DNA of 64,000 bases from Bdellovibrionota bacterium (GCA_036140815.1 JAYZXX010000009.1:2648-66647); one strand, 5' to 3'. Positions 38,999 to 48,167 are shown, numbered from the stretch's first letter. Numbers and translations are program-made. The notes: a model not told the origin generated them from the letters alone.

Positions 38999-39205
38999 AT
39001 GAAACCTTGGTGGACGAGTTTAAAAGAGAGCTTACTTACAATCAAAACTGAAGTTGAGGCTACAAAAGACCTAGAAAACCGCAGTTCTAAGCTCAGAAAC
39101 AAAGAAGAAATTCTAAATGAATTCAATGCCTCTAGAAGTTTCGGAGCTTTCGGCCCCGGACAACAGAATAATTTCACAAATTCTCGCTCGCGAAAACAGC
39201 AGTAA
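38999..39205 (+). CDS. Possible small hypothetical protein (68 aa)
   Basis: ATG at 38999 is preceded by AAGAGGA at 4-nt spacing. The product MKPWWTSLKESLL... is charged, with a Q/N/S-rich tail. It lies antisense to a 96-aa ORF that lacks an SD. It may be non-coding. Confidence 0.3.
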   Translation: MKPWWTSLKESLLTIKTEVEATKDLENRSSKLRNKEEILNEFNASRSFGAFGPGQQNNFTNSRSRKQQ

Positions 39206-39304
39206 TAGAAAAGTTTCACACCTTAGAAAATAAAAAATAATTATTGAAGACCTAATAGAGCCCAGATATTCCAAAGCCAATCAACAATTAAACTGGGGGT
39301 ATTT

Positions 39305-39781
39305 ATGCTTAAGCTATCATCTGTGATTCTATTATTTATCATGTTTTCAACAGCCGCTTATGCGGAAGAAGTTTTCAAGCTAAATTTTTTCGACTCAAGA
39401 CTTATTTTAGATATAAATTACTTAGAGGACCAAGACTATTCCAGCATCGAATCACGTGCAAGATCTATAATAAGTCACGACAGCAGTGTAAGTTCGGATT
39501 ACTACCAAAGCTTTAACCGTGTACTCTGCCAAAGAAGTTCCACAAAAATGACCTGTAGTATCCCCCTTATGTTTTCTTTGCCTCCGATATCCACTATTTC
39601 AAATCCACCACAAAAACCTGATCCATCTAGTATCAAAGAAACAAAGCTTTTATTAAACATTGTCATTAACTTCACAGATCAATATCGTAGTAATATCGAG
39701 GATACTAGTTTTTCACTAAGATTTGTTGATGAAGAAAAAGAGTTTCCAACCAACGATTACTCCTATTACAGGGTATTTTAA
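39305..39781 (+). CDS. Secreted hypothetical protein
   Basis: GGGGGT lies upstream of the ATG. Signal peptide MLKLSSVILLFIMFSTAAYA. Ends ...YYRVF. Confidence 0.5.
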   Translation: MLKLSSVILLFIMFSTAAYAEEVFKLNFFDSRLILDINYLEDQDYSSIESRARSIISHDSSVSSDYYQSFNRVLCQRSSTKMTCSIPLMFSLPPISTISNPPQKPDPSSIKETKLLLNIVINFTDQYRSNIEDTSFSLRFVDEEKEFPTNDYSYYRVF

Positions 39782-39890
39782 TAGAACTAGCTCGAGCTTA
39801 AAATCTATAAACTAGTCCCACCAATTGCATATGGATTAACGGCGGATCATTCTCAAAAATGTGTGTTTTAGCCATTCCATATTTTAGCAA

Positions 39891-40090
39891 GAGGAGGCAC
39901 TGGAAGCTTTTTCTCGAAGGACCTCCGGTTAGCGTGAAGCGATCGATCCGCTAAAAGGACTTATTCAAAGCACGCTAGCAAACAATGAAGCTCTAAACTT
40001 GAATATTGGTATGATATTGAGCGGTCGAAACCGGCGAGTACATGGAGGGGCGCGTCCTTCGAGGAAAAGCTTCTAGGGACTCCGGGCTTC
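39891..40090 (+). ncRNA. Unclassified GC-rich structured element closed by a 20-bp inverted repeat (candidate ncRNA; MITE or inverton remain alternatives)
   Basis: GAAGCTTTTTCTCGAAGGAC (39903-39922) pairs with GTCCTTCGAGGAAAAGCTTC (40054-40073). The single non-Watson-Crick position is a U-G wobble only if the element is read on the plus strand. Internal helices are 39925-39930 with 40029-40034, 39931-39936 with 39971-39976, and 40002-40006 with 40014-40018. The element is visibly more GC-rich than its flanks. The strand call is tentative. Confidence 0.35.
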
Positions 40091-40365
40091 ATTTTCTTAT
40101 GACATTTCCTTTTTGAAAAACTAAGTCCGAAAATAGAGTTTCAAGGACTTACACTTTCTTGAAAAAGAGACGTTAAAGGCTAAAATATATGATAGTACAT
40201 GAAGAAATTTTATCAATTGCAATTGAGATTCAGTGAAATCGTAAATCGAACCTACTTAGCTTAACCTAAGTAAAGCCATCTACAATTCAGCGGGCCATTT
40301 TGTAAAAAAATAGAGCCTCGCTGAATTCTTAAAAATTTAAATACTACGAAAGCTCTTGAGTCCTG

Positions 40366-41268
40366 CTACTTTTCAAATATTAGTTTTTCAAAAAACGATG
40401 GTACATCAGAAGGTAAAGAAGGGATTTCAAAGCCTCCTTCTTTTTTAAACCAAGTTCTTTGTCTTTTCGCTAACTGCATACTCTTGGTTACAATCTTTTC
40501 AAAAAGTTCCCCCTCTGATATTTCCCCTTGAATATACTCTACACTTTCTTTGTACCCCACACTCTCTAAAGCTCGCCAATCACCTTTACCTTGATCCAAA
40601 AGCTTTTTGGTCTCCGCAATTAAGCCCTGGCTTAACATTTTCTGGGTTCGTAATTTTAAGCGCTCACGGAGTAAGTCTCGATCCGGATTTAAAAACACTT
40701 TTGCCAAAGGATAAGGAAAATTTGACTCTCTTTTAGCGAAAGCAAGACTTGGTTTTTTGCCGAGTGACTTTAACTCTAGAGCTCTGGCTAAACGGTAATG
40801 ATCATTTTCTGAAATCTTTTGCGCATATTCAGGATCAAAGCCTTTCAATTCTAAAAAAGATTCCTGAGGATTCTCTTCTACTTGTTTTCGGATGACTTCT
40901 TTTTCCTCAACAGGAAGCTCTTCTATTTCAACAAGCCCTAGCTCCAAGGCCCTAAAATAAAAACCCGTTCCACCAGCAATGATTGCGTAAGGAACCGCCC
41001 TTTTCTCCATATCCGTTAAGCTCTTCAGGGCATCTTCGCGAAATTTTGCCGCCGTATAATACTCTGGATATTTTATATGAGACACCAAATGATGTGGTAC
41101 TTCTGCTAATTCTTCTAGGCTTGGCTTAGCAGATCCAATGTCTAGATCTTCGTAGACACTTACTGAATCACAATTAACAATCTCGCCACCAAGCTCCTTT
41201 GCCAAACGGATGGCAAAGGCACTTTTTCCTGAAGCGGTGGGCCCGTAAAGAAATATTACTTTCATCAA
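40366..41268 (-). CDS. miaA: tRNA dimethylallyltransferase
   Basis: VIFLYGPTASGKSAFAIRLAKELGGEIVNCDSVSVYEDLDIGSAKPS is the canonical MiaA N-terminus. Confidence 0.95.
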   Translation of the reverse strand: MMKVIFLYGPTASGKSAFAIRLAKELGGEIVNCDSVSVYEDLDIGSAKPSLEELAEVPHHLVSHIKYPEYYTAAKFREDALKSLTDMEKRAVPYAIIAGGTGFYFRALELGLVEIEELPVEEKEVIRKQVEENPQESFLELKGFDPEYAQKISENDHYRLARALELKSLGKKPSLAFAKRESNFPYPLAKVFLNPDRDLLRERLKLRTQKMLSQGLIAETKKLLDQGKGDWRALESVGYKESVEYIQGEISEGELFEKIVTKSMQLAKRQRTWFKKEGGFEIPSLPSDVPSFFEKLIFEK

Positions 41269-43292
41269 ACGATACGCCCAAAGTCTTTATCAATTTTGGT
41301 AAACGGGTATTCGACAAAAACTGGTCTGCCGTGAGGACAAAAACTAGATAATGGGTATTCGTCCATTTGCTCTAACAAAGCTTTCATTTGATCTAAGCTT
41401 AGAGCTTGCCCTGCGCGCACCGAAGAATGACATGCCATGGTTGCGGCAATGTCTTTTAACTTTCTTTCTACAGCAGTTCCGCCACCGTTTTTAATCACTT
41501 CTTTGCTTAACTCAAACATGGCCAAGCTAATCGCCTTTTCTTTCATAAGGATCGGCGCAGAACTTACCCCTATCATTTCAGGCCCAAGTCTCTCTACTGT
41601 AATGCTGAGTTTTTGTAAATCTTCAGCAACCGACTCCACCGCATCCGCTTCCTCTTCTTCCATTTTTATTTCTAGAGGAAGTAAATAATTTTGTACATCA
41701 ATGTGACCACCCGCCCAGGCGTTGACGATTCTCTCAAAAGATATTCTTTCGTGAGCTGCGTGTTGATCTACCAAAATTAATGATTGTCTCGATTGTGCTA
41801 CGATATAACAATTATCCGCTTGCCCTAAAACCTGAAGCTTTGACCAATAATGTTTGTTATCAAAAAAGACTTCACTTTCTTTTTGTTCTCTAGGCTCATA
41901 AGTTTCTAATACTTGCGAGGAAGAAATAACTCTTGATTCGGTATCCGCAGGAGACACAAAGTTTTCTTCATGATTTGTTTTATTGGCATTAGTACTTGTA
42001 TTTTGCATAAATTCACCAACATCACTCAAATTGCCTTCGGAGGCAAATGAACTACGGCTAGAGCTATTTTCCAGACTCCTTTTATCTGATGAAATTTGCG
42101 TTGATTCTTTAGCTCGCGGACTAGCGTATTTAGCTAATATATCTAAAGTCGTGTCTGAAGCCTTATTCTCTTCGGGAGAATAAGAAACTTCTTTCTTTTG
42201 AAAGCTGGTTCTCTCAAAATCAAGCCCCCCAAAACTTTCGTTCACTTCTTCTTTTACTTGAGGCTTCAGTGTCACTTGTTTTTTCGGAGAATTATCCTCC
42301 AACATATCAGCCAACCAAGGAGCTTTAGCAACCCCTTTAAGAATACACTCTCGAACCACTCGAAAGGCCGCCCGAGGGTCTCTAAACTTCACCTGACTTT
42401 TTGTAGGATGAACGTTTACGTCAACTTCTTGAGGATCACAATGAATCCAAACTGCACAAATTGGATACTCCCCATGCATTAAGGTATTTTCAAAACCAGC
42501 AATTACAGCTGCCTGCAAACTACGATCTTGAATCCAACGATCCTGCACGAAGAACCACATATTTTGAGAATTTCTTGCCACCTCGTTAGGAGCACAATAA
42601 ACTACTTTACAGCTCATCAGTCCTAATTCAATTTCCGTTTCATACATTTTTTTTCGTTCTAAAACTTGCGTACACCGAGCAGCAAGATTTTCGCTTTTGG
42701 GATAGTAGGAAAGCTGCTTTCCCCCACTTTTTAAGCGAATAGATACATGCGGAAAACTCAAAGAAAAAGCTTTCAACATTTTTTTTATGGCTGTGGTTTC
42801 TGCTGTATCAGATTTTAAAAACTTTAACCTAGCAGGAACATTGGCAAACAACTCTTCCACTAATATACTTGTGCCTTGATCTAAGTTGGTTTCATAGGCT
42901 TCGGTTTTTTTACCAAACTCACTATGTACAGCATAAGCCTGATCTGCCTCGTTGGCTTTTGAGCTTAAAGTCAATTGGGAAACAGAGGCGATGGAAGCCA
43001 GTGCTTCTCCTCGAAAACCAAAGGTATCTAGAGCCCAAAGGTCACTCGCTTTATGAATTTTACTAGTAGCATGCCGATCTAGAGCTAATACTAAATCTTC
43101 TTTCTCGATACCATGACCATTATCCTTGATCAAAACTTTGCGGCCACCACTATCGATATCAATCTCGATTTCAGTAGAACCCGCGTCGACGCTATTTTCA
43201 ATTAACTCTTTGATCATATTGGCCGGGCGCTCTAAAACTTCTCCGGCGGCAATCTGATCCACTACATCATGTGACAATTTTTGGATTTTCAT
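41265..43292 (-). CDS. mutL: DNA mismatch repair protein MutL
   Basis: MKIQKLSHDVVDQIAAGEVLERPANMIKELIENSVDAGSTEIEI is the GHKL ATPase N-terminus. The C-terminal dimerisation region contains QHAAHERI. The stop overlaps the miaA start by 4 nt. Confidence 0.95.
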   Translation of the reverse strand: MKIQKLSHDVVDQIAAGEVLERPANMIKELIENSVDAGSTEIEIDIDSGGRKVLIKDNGHGIEKEDLVLALDRHATSKIHKASDLWALDTFGFRGEALASIASVSQLTLSSKANEADQAYAVHSEFGKKTEAYETNLDQGTSILVEELFANVPARLKFLKSDTAETTAIKKMLKAFSLSFPHVSIRLKSGGKQLSYYPKSENLAARCTQVLERKKMYETEIELGLMSCKVVYCAPNEVARNSQNMWFFVQDRWIQDRSLQAAVIAGFENTLMHGEYPICAVWIHCDPQEVDVNVHPTKSQVKFRDPRAAFRVVRECILKGVAKAPWLADMLEDNSPKKQVTLKPQVKEEVNESFGGLDFERTSFQKKEVSYSPEENKASDTTLDILAKYASPRAKESTQISSDKRSLENSSSRSSFASEGNLSDVGEFMQNTSTNANKTNHEENFVSPADTESRVISSSQVLETYEPREQKESEVFFDNKHYWSKLQVLGQADNCYIVAQSRQSLILVDQHAAHERISFERIVNAWAGGHIDVQNYLLPLEIKMEEEEADAVESVAEDLQKLSITVERLGPEMIGVSSAPILMKEKAISLAMFELSKEVIKNGGGTAVERKLKDIAATMACHSSVRAGQALSLDQMKALLEQMDEYPLSSFCPHGRPVFVEYPFTKIDKDFGRIV

Positions 43293-43556
43293 GAAGCAAA
43301 TATAGTCCAATTCCGAATTTCAGTCATCCAAACGGATGTTTTTTTCAAACTGCGTCAGCTTTCCATATTTTTGGTAATTACAGGCACTTACAGAAAACCT
43401 CAGCGACTCAAATCTAACTGAGATGCATTTGACCAAGAAAACATATGGAACACCAGGATAGGCCTAATTTATGCACCTATTTGTAGCGGATATAAAAATC
43501 GAAACCAAGCAAACTTTGTTAATTTAGCAAAGCTTTGTAGATAAAGGAGTATTTCA

Positions 43557-44360
43557 GTGAAACTAAACTTGAGACACATTGGCATTTGCCTATTAAGCGC
43601 AGGCCTTCTTATTTCTTGTACGGGTGAAAAAAAGTCTGCAGAAATCACCTCAGGCACTTACCTACCACTTAGCTCTCAAGAGCTAAACCAAAAAAAATTA
43701 AATATCGACTCTAAAACCGTTTACTACACAGACAACGAAAATCCATTTCGAGTGTATCGGGCAAATAAAAAATTAGATGGTAGCGCTGAAATTCAAACTG
43801 GTAGTTTTAGTATGGAAATTTCTAAAGACAAAAAAACCATTAAGTTTTCAGAAATGAGCCTCCAAGCGGGTACGCAAAATGAAAACCACAAAATTGATGA
43901 ATTCGCTAGTAACGATTTAGGAATGTTGGAGTATCAAAACCCACAAGCTCAAACTAAAGAGTACTCTTTAGAGAGCAGTCTCTACAAATTGAAAAAGGCC
44001 GCCTATGCTGACCTATCACAATTAGACTCTGGTAGCTTAAAAGCTCAATCTAAGGCTTTTCTAAGTGGTGAAGAAAATGAAGCTTTAAATCAACTTACCA
44101 CTTCAAAAGTGAACCTACAAAAAGCTCAAGACATCTTAGAAAACTCGGAAGATCAAAGTATTCGTATGAGTCTATTAGAAGGTGGTTTAATTCAATTGAG
44201 TATTCAAAACAAAAAAGGCAACGCCATTGCGACTGAACCTGTAGTTTATTACTACCAAAAAGTATCACCTGAACACCTAGAAAGAATCAACACAGAGTTT
44301 ATGAAAGACTTAGATAGAATTTCAAAAGCTAAAAATGAGACAGAAACTGAAACAAAATAA
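43557..44360 (+). CDS. Lipoprotein, function unknown (paralogue pair member 1)
   Basis: GTG start with AAGGAG upstream. Lipobox LLISC. The post-signal motif TSGTYLPLSSQELNQKK parallels AHGTYIEMTDSERLEKN in the next ORF. Confidence 0.55.
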   Translation: MKLNLRHIGICLLSAGLLISCTGEKKSAEITSGTYLPLSSQELNQKKLNIDSKTVYYTDNENPFRVYRANKKLDGSAEIQTGSFSMEISKDKKTIKFSEMSLQAGTQNENHKIDEFASNDLGMLEYQNPQAQTKEYSLESSLYKLKKAAYADLSQLDSGSLKAQSKAFLSGEENEALNQLTTSKVNLQKAQDILENSEDQSIRMSLLEGGLIQLSIQNKKGNAIATEPVVYYYQKVSPEHLERINTEFMKDLDRISKAKNETETETK

Positions 44361-44398
44361 GACTAAAAAAACATTTATAATATAAATAAGGAGAAGAA

Positions 44399-45394
44399 AT
44401 GAGATTAAAATCACTATTTAACACAGCATTGGTTAGCAGCATCGCCATCGGTATGGTCGCCTGTAACCAACAAGAAAGAGTAAATGAATTGGCCCATGGA
44501 ACTTACATTGAAATGACGGATTCAGAGCGCCTGGAAAAGAACCTACCTGTAGAAAGCCAATCAAACATACAAACAGGAGATTTCCTTCAAGATCAAAACA
44601 CGGCCTCTACGGATTGGTTAGCAAGCCTAGTGGTTAGCAAAGATAAAAAGACTATCACTTACACGAACGTTGTTAGTATTTATAACCCTTCTTCTGAAAA
44701 CTCAGACAGCATTCAGGAATACAAATTCGAATTAAACCAAATCAACGAAAAAGATGGTACATACAGCACTGGCGTTATTCCTTACGACAGTATATTAACA
44801 GTAGGAAATGTTGAGTCTTACCTAGCTAGCAAAGTAAAAAAAGAAGCTGAAAAGAAAGATGAAAAAGAAGATGAGGCTGAAGAAAAAGAAGAAGAAAAAA
44901 ACCCAAAATTAGCGGCCAAAGACATTGAGCCTGAAAATCGTTACAGAAGTAATTTTACAATTCATGCAGTCGCACCTCAGATTATCGCTGTGATCGTTGA
45001 AAACACTTATGGCCAAGCAAATGGAACTAGTCTTACTTCAAGAACAACTAAATACTACAAGTACGTGATCAATACACAAGCTGACGAAATCCACCAAGCC
45101 TTCAATGCAAAGTTAAATGCTAAGCAAAAGCTTGCTGTTGCAACGAGAACTAAGCTTGCGAAGCAAGAAGAAGCAAAGGCGCTAGCCGCTGAAGCTGAGG
45201 CAAAAAAGCTAGCCGAAACGGAAGAGGCAGCAGTTAAGGCCGCTCAAGAGGCAGATCAAGCTGCTGAAGAAGTAGAGAAAGCTAAAGAACAGGTGGATGC
45301 AGCTGCGACAAATTTAGAACAAACTAAAAATACTAATGTTCCAGTAGTTCCTGTACCTCCAGTTGAAGATTCCGAAGAAGGAAACGAGCAATAA
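44399..45394 (+). CDS. Lipoprotein with Ala/Glu/Lys-rich coiled-coil tail (paralogue pair member 2)
   Basis: AAGGAGAAG lies upstream of the ATG. Lipobox GMVAC. C-terminal tail KQEEAKALAAEAEAKKLAETEEAAVKAAQEADQAAEE. Confidence 0.55.
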   Translation: MRLKSLFNTALVSSIAIGMVACNQQERVNELAHGTYIEMTDSERLEKNLPVESQSNIQTGDFLQDQNTASTDWLASLVVSKDKKTITYTNVVSIYNPSSENSDSIQEYKFELNQINEKDGTYSTGVIPYDSILTVGNVESYLASKVKKEAEKKDEKEDEAEEKEEEKNPKLAAKDIEPENRYRSNFTIHAVAPQIIAVIVENTYGQANGTSLTSRTTKYYKYVINTQADEIHQAFNAKLNAKQKLAVATRTKLAKQEEAKALAAEAEAKKLAETEEAAVKAAQEADQAAEEVEKAKEQVDAAATNLEQTKNTNVPVVPVPPVEDSEEGNEQ

Positions 45395-45487
45395 ATAATT
45401 GAACTAAAAACTGCCGGGCTAAAATTCTCGGTCTGGGTAAACCTGTTCTTCATTTATTGAAACAGAAAAATAAAAGTTCCAACTAAC

Positions 45488-45523
45488 AAAATGCTTCCGA
45501 TATACTATCGGGGGCATTTTTTC
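45488..45523. terminator. Bidirectional rho-independent terminator
   Basis: ATGCTTCCGATA-tac-TATCGGGGGCAT (45491-45517) forms a stem with two G-U pairs. It is followed by TTTTT on the plus strand and preceded by AAAA, which gives TTTTGTT on the minus strand. It sits between convergent genes. Confidence 0.7.
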
Positions 45524-45533
45524 TGCTCTAAAT

Positions 45534-46358
45534 TCAGGCCTGAACCTTTTTACTTTCAACTCTTAACAAAAAAATTGCGAATACAATAAAAAGACTTCCA
45601 AAAATCAGACCATAGCTAAGACTTTCAGAGAAAAAGATCAAACCCCAAGTTGCACTAAATACCAAACGAATCATGGTAGTTACCGCAGCTGTAAGCGCGG
45701 TGGTGTACTTATAAGAATAGGTCAAAAAGAATTGACCAGCCACTCCCCCTAGGGAAGTTAAAAGAAAGACAATGGCCGTACTCGGGCTCATATTAAAATC
45801 AAAGGAAACAAATGGAAGTAATCCCACACTCCCCGTTAACATTACATAAAAAACGATTAACTCAGAAGAATCAAATTGCCTAGCTTTTCGTAAAGACATC
45901 AAACTAATAGAGGCAATGAACCCACAGATCAAACCATACAAATCGCCCTTCACCAGACCGGTAAACTCAAAATCCAAAACCAGTAACACACCGATAAAGC
46001 TGATCAAAACAGCCAACCAGTGATACTTGCCCGTAGCTTCTTTCAAAAGAAATGGGGCAAAAATAGCTATGAAAACGGGGTAAGTCATATTTAAGAGATT
46101 GGCTTTAACCAATGTACTGTGTTCAATGGCTAAATAAAAGAAACCGACAGCAACAAAGTTGGTTAAGGCCCTAAGCGCTAGCCATCCATAGTCATTGGGT
46201 TTCGGTAAAAGTGTTTTCTTCTTTAAGTTTAAAAAGACAAGAACAACAAAGCCCGAGAAAAACCTTCCCCAGGTAATTGTCATTGTAGGCACATTTTCCC
46301 CTACAAGAAACTTAACTCCTGCGGTAAAAGCACTCGCGATTAAGCCCGTAAGAAGCAA
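45534..46358 (-). CDS. EamA/DMT-superfamily transporter
   Basis: 274 aa, almost entirely hydrophobic helices with the two-half EamA-like layout. TTG start. Confidence 0.6.
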   Translation of the reverse strand: MLLTGLIASAFTAGVKFLVGENVPTMTITWGRFFSGFVVLVFLNLKKKTLLPKPNDYGWLALRALTNFVAVGFFYLAIEHSTLVKANLLNMTYPVFIAIFAPFLLKEATGKYHWLAVLISFIGVLLVLDFEFTGLVKGDLYGLICGFIASISLMSLRKARQFDSSELIVFYVMLTGSVGLLPFVSFDFNMSPSTAIVFLLTSLGGVAGQFFLTYSYKYTTALTAAVTTMIRLVFSATWGLIFFSESLSYGLIFGSLFIVFAIFLLRVESKKVQA

Positions 46359-46380
46359 TGAATAAAAAGCTTTTTTTTGG

Positions 46381-46923
46381 TTAGTGATTCTTGATTCCTA
46401 GACTTAGACTCTTATTAGCCTTTTCATCTTCCAACCAAATCAATTCACGAAAGCCCTCGGTTTGTGGAGACAAGAAATTACTCTGAAAGGCACATTCCAT
46501 TGTGAAACTAGGTCCAAAAAAACCTTCTTCTTTTGTTTCCTGGAAAGCCATGAAATCTAAAGAAATGATTGTGAAAAACACATTCACTTTTTCTGTGCTT
46601 TCCTCTGTCGGTCTCTTCAATTGCATTTCAAGTCTTCCAACAAAAGAGTTTTCCTTATCATTTTCTAGGTCTAAATCACGTAAACTTTGCTCTGCTTGAT
46701 TTGGGTCTAAATTAAACTTGTAACTATACTCTTGAGTACTTTGATCTAAAATTTTTGGTAAATTTTCTTTTACTAAAATTTCGGCACATTCTTTTCTAAG
46801 ACTAAAAAAGTTTCCAGAATCAACACGTATTTTTGCCTCTAATAATTCAGGATTTTTCACTTCCAGCATCGCTGCTGCATTTAAACTAAAAAACAGGGCC
46901 AACACCAAGCCATACTTTTTCAT
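46381..46923 (-). CDS. Secreted hypothetical protein
   Basis: The internal ATG at 46923 gives signal peptide MKKYGLVLALFFSLNAAA. The track start at 47004 adds a non-signal extension. Confidence 0.45.
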   Translation of the reverse strand: MKKYGLVLALFFSLNAAAMLEVKNPELLEAKIRVDSGNFFSLRKECAEILVKENLPKILDQSTQEYSYKFNLDPNQAEQSLRDLDLENDKENSFVGRLEMQLKRPTEESTEKVNVFFTIISLDFMAFQETKEEGFFGPSFTMECAFQSNFLSPQTEGFRELIWLEDEKANKSLSLGIKNH

Positions 46924-47486
46924 ATATTTACTCCAATCTTCCTTGGTATTTTTACCAGATTTCTCTCGAAAAATACAGGCACACAAAGCTTCTATGTAAT
47001 TCAAACAGGGTTTTTACGGCAAAATAAACCACTTATATATTCTGCAAACAATAGTACTTTTCCTAGCCTTCCAAAGCCCTCACCAATCGAAAAGTTTGCC
47101 TTGCCAAAAAGTGGTTGGTACATAGCAATAATGGGGGCCGTACCGCCTCAATTAACTGCGTATGACTTGCCACACATTAATGGAACTAGTTTTCATTACT
47201 GAGATCTTCTCACTTCAAGCTTTCTCAATAAAAAATTCCTTAAGATTATTAAATAGTTCTTAAAGACTTATCCGTAATAAAGGAGGTCAGCTTAAAAAAA
47301 CCAAAGATACATCTGTTAAATCTAAGCATCAGACTAACTAGCATCTAGAAGATTAGCCCCTCTATTTTTCAAAGCTGCAAGAAAGTACTCGATCAATGTA
47401 GTGGTAGTATGAATTATGCAAAAAAGTATTGTAGCCTTTGCTTGTGATCATCCTCAATTTATTAGGCTCGCCTATATACTAAATTG

Positions 47487-48167
47487 TCAAAAAGTATCGC
47501 CTGAGCTTGGAAGCTCTAAGAAAAAACGATCAGAGTCCGCATTGGGGATTGAGTTTGGCAACTTAACAAAACCTAACTTCTCCAATAGATTTTGCGAGGC
47601 TATATTTTGAGAATTTACAGTGGCAGCAAAGTACCTTAAACCATGATTTTTGTGGATAGAAGTTATCATTTCTCTAACAGCTTGTTCTACCAAACCCTGT
47701 CGCCGATATTCCCCAAGAATACTATATCCGATTAACATTATTGTATTAAGCTTTCTAATGCCAATATGTATACGCTCTTCTCGACTAAACCATGTAGGGA
47801 GATAACTAGCTATACTAACAAAGCCAATTACATTTCCCTCATTGATAATTAACTTGTTAAAATCATATTGGCCTTCATGTAAAGTAGAATAATTTCGAGC
47901 CCGTTCTAAATACTTATACAAAGAGTCTTCTGGTCGATTTTTACCTAGAAAAAATTGCTTAACCTCTGGGTCTTTAAAAAGTTCAAAAAGACCTTGTTCA
48001 TGATGATCTTTCAAATCTTCAAAATGCCAAGTCAAACCGGAGCTGGTCACACAACTTTTTTTTTGTTGTGCTTTCACAGGGGACCATTGGCTTAAAATTA
48101 AAAAAAAGAAACACAAGAACTTCAAAATACTCACCTTCAAATTACTGAGCAAGTATACTATAGGCAA
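47487..48167 (-). CDS. GNAT-family N-acetyltransferase (RimJ/RimL-like) carrying an N-terminal signal-like segment
   Basis: Acetyl-CoA motif: GYSILGEYRRQGLVEQAVREMI. Also ATVNSQNIASQNLLEKLGF. The N-terminus KVSILKFLCFFFLILSQWSPVKA looks like a Sec signal. Confidence 0.65.
   Translation of the reverse strand: MPIVYLLSNLKVSILKFLCFFFLILSQWSPVKAQQKKSCVTSSGLTWHFEDLKDHHEQGLFELFKDPEVKQFFLGKNRPEDSLYKYLERARNYSTLHEGQYDFNKLIINEGNVIGFVSIASYLPTWFSREERIHIGIRKLNTIMLIGYSILGEYRRQGLVEQAVREMITSIHKNHGLRYFAATVNSQNIASQNLLEKLGFVKLPNSIPNADSDRFFLELPSSGDTF

Noticed and set aside
38929-39219. 96-aa minus-strand ORF overlapping the 68/79-aa plus-strand ORF.
   Set aside because: - It has no SD-like sequence, and its product is Phe/Leu/Ser/Cys-rich.
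- The plus-strand ORF at least has AAGAGGA correctly spaced before an ATG.
- Both may be non-coding.
39891-40090. Tested whether the structured element is RNase P RNA, tmRNA, SRP RNA or 6S RNA.
   Set aside because: - RNase P: GAGGAAAAGC...CTCCGGGC only superficially resembles the CR-I GAGGAAAGUCCGGGC. No ACAGAAxCCGGCUUA-type CR-V follows, and the downstream sequence is AT-rich and unstructured.
- tmRNA: there is no tRNA-like GGTTCGAxTCC T-arm or ...CCA end, and no ...LAA-type tag ORF.
- SRP: there is no domain-IV motif.
- 6S: a perfect 20-bp helix without a central bubble does not fit.
40281-40326. Inverted repeat AATTCAGCG...CGCTGAATT just downstream of the miaA stop, considered as a terminator.
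   Set aside because: - The loop is about 20 nt and no T-run follows the 3' arm on the minus strand.
- It does not fit a canonical intrinsic terminator, so it is left unannotated.
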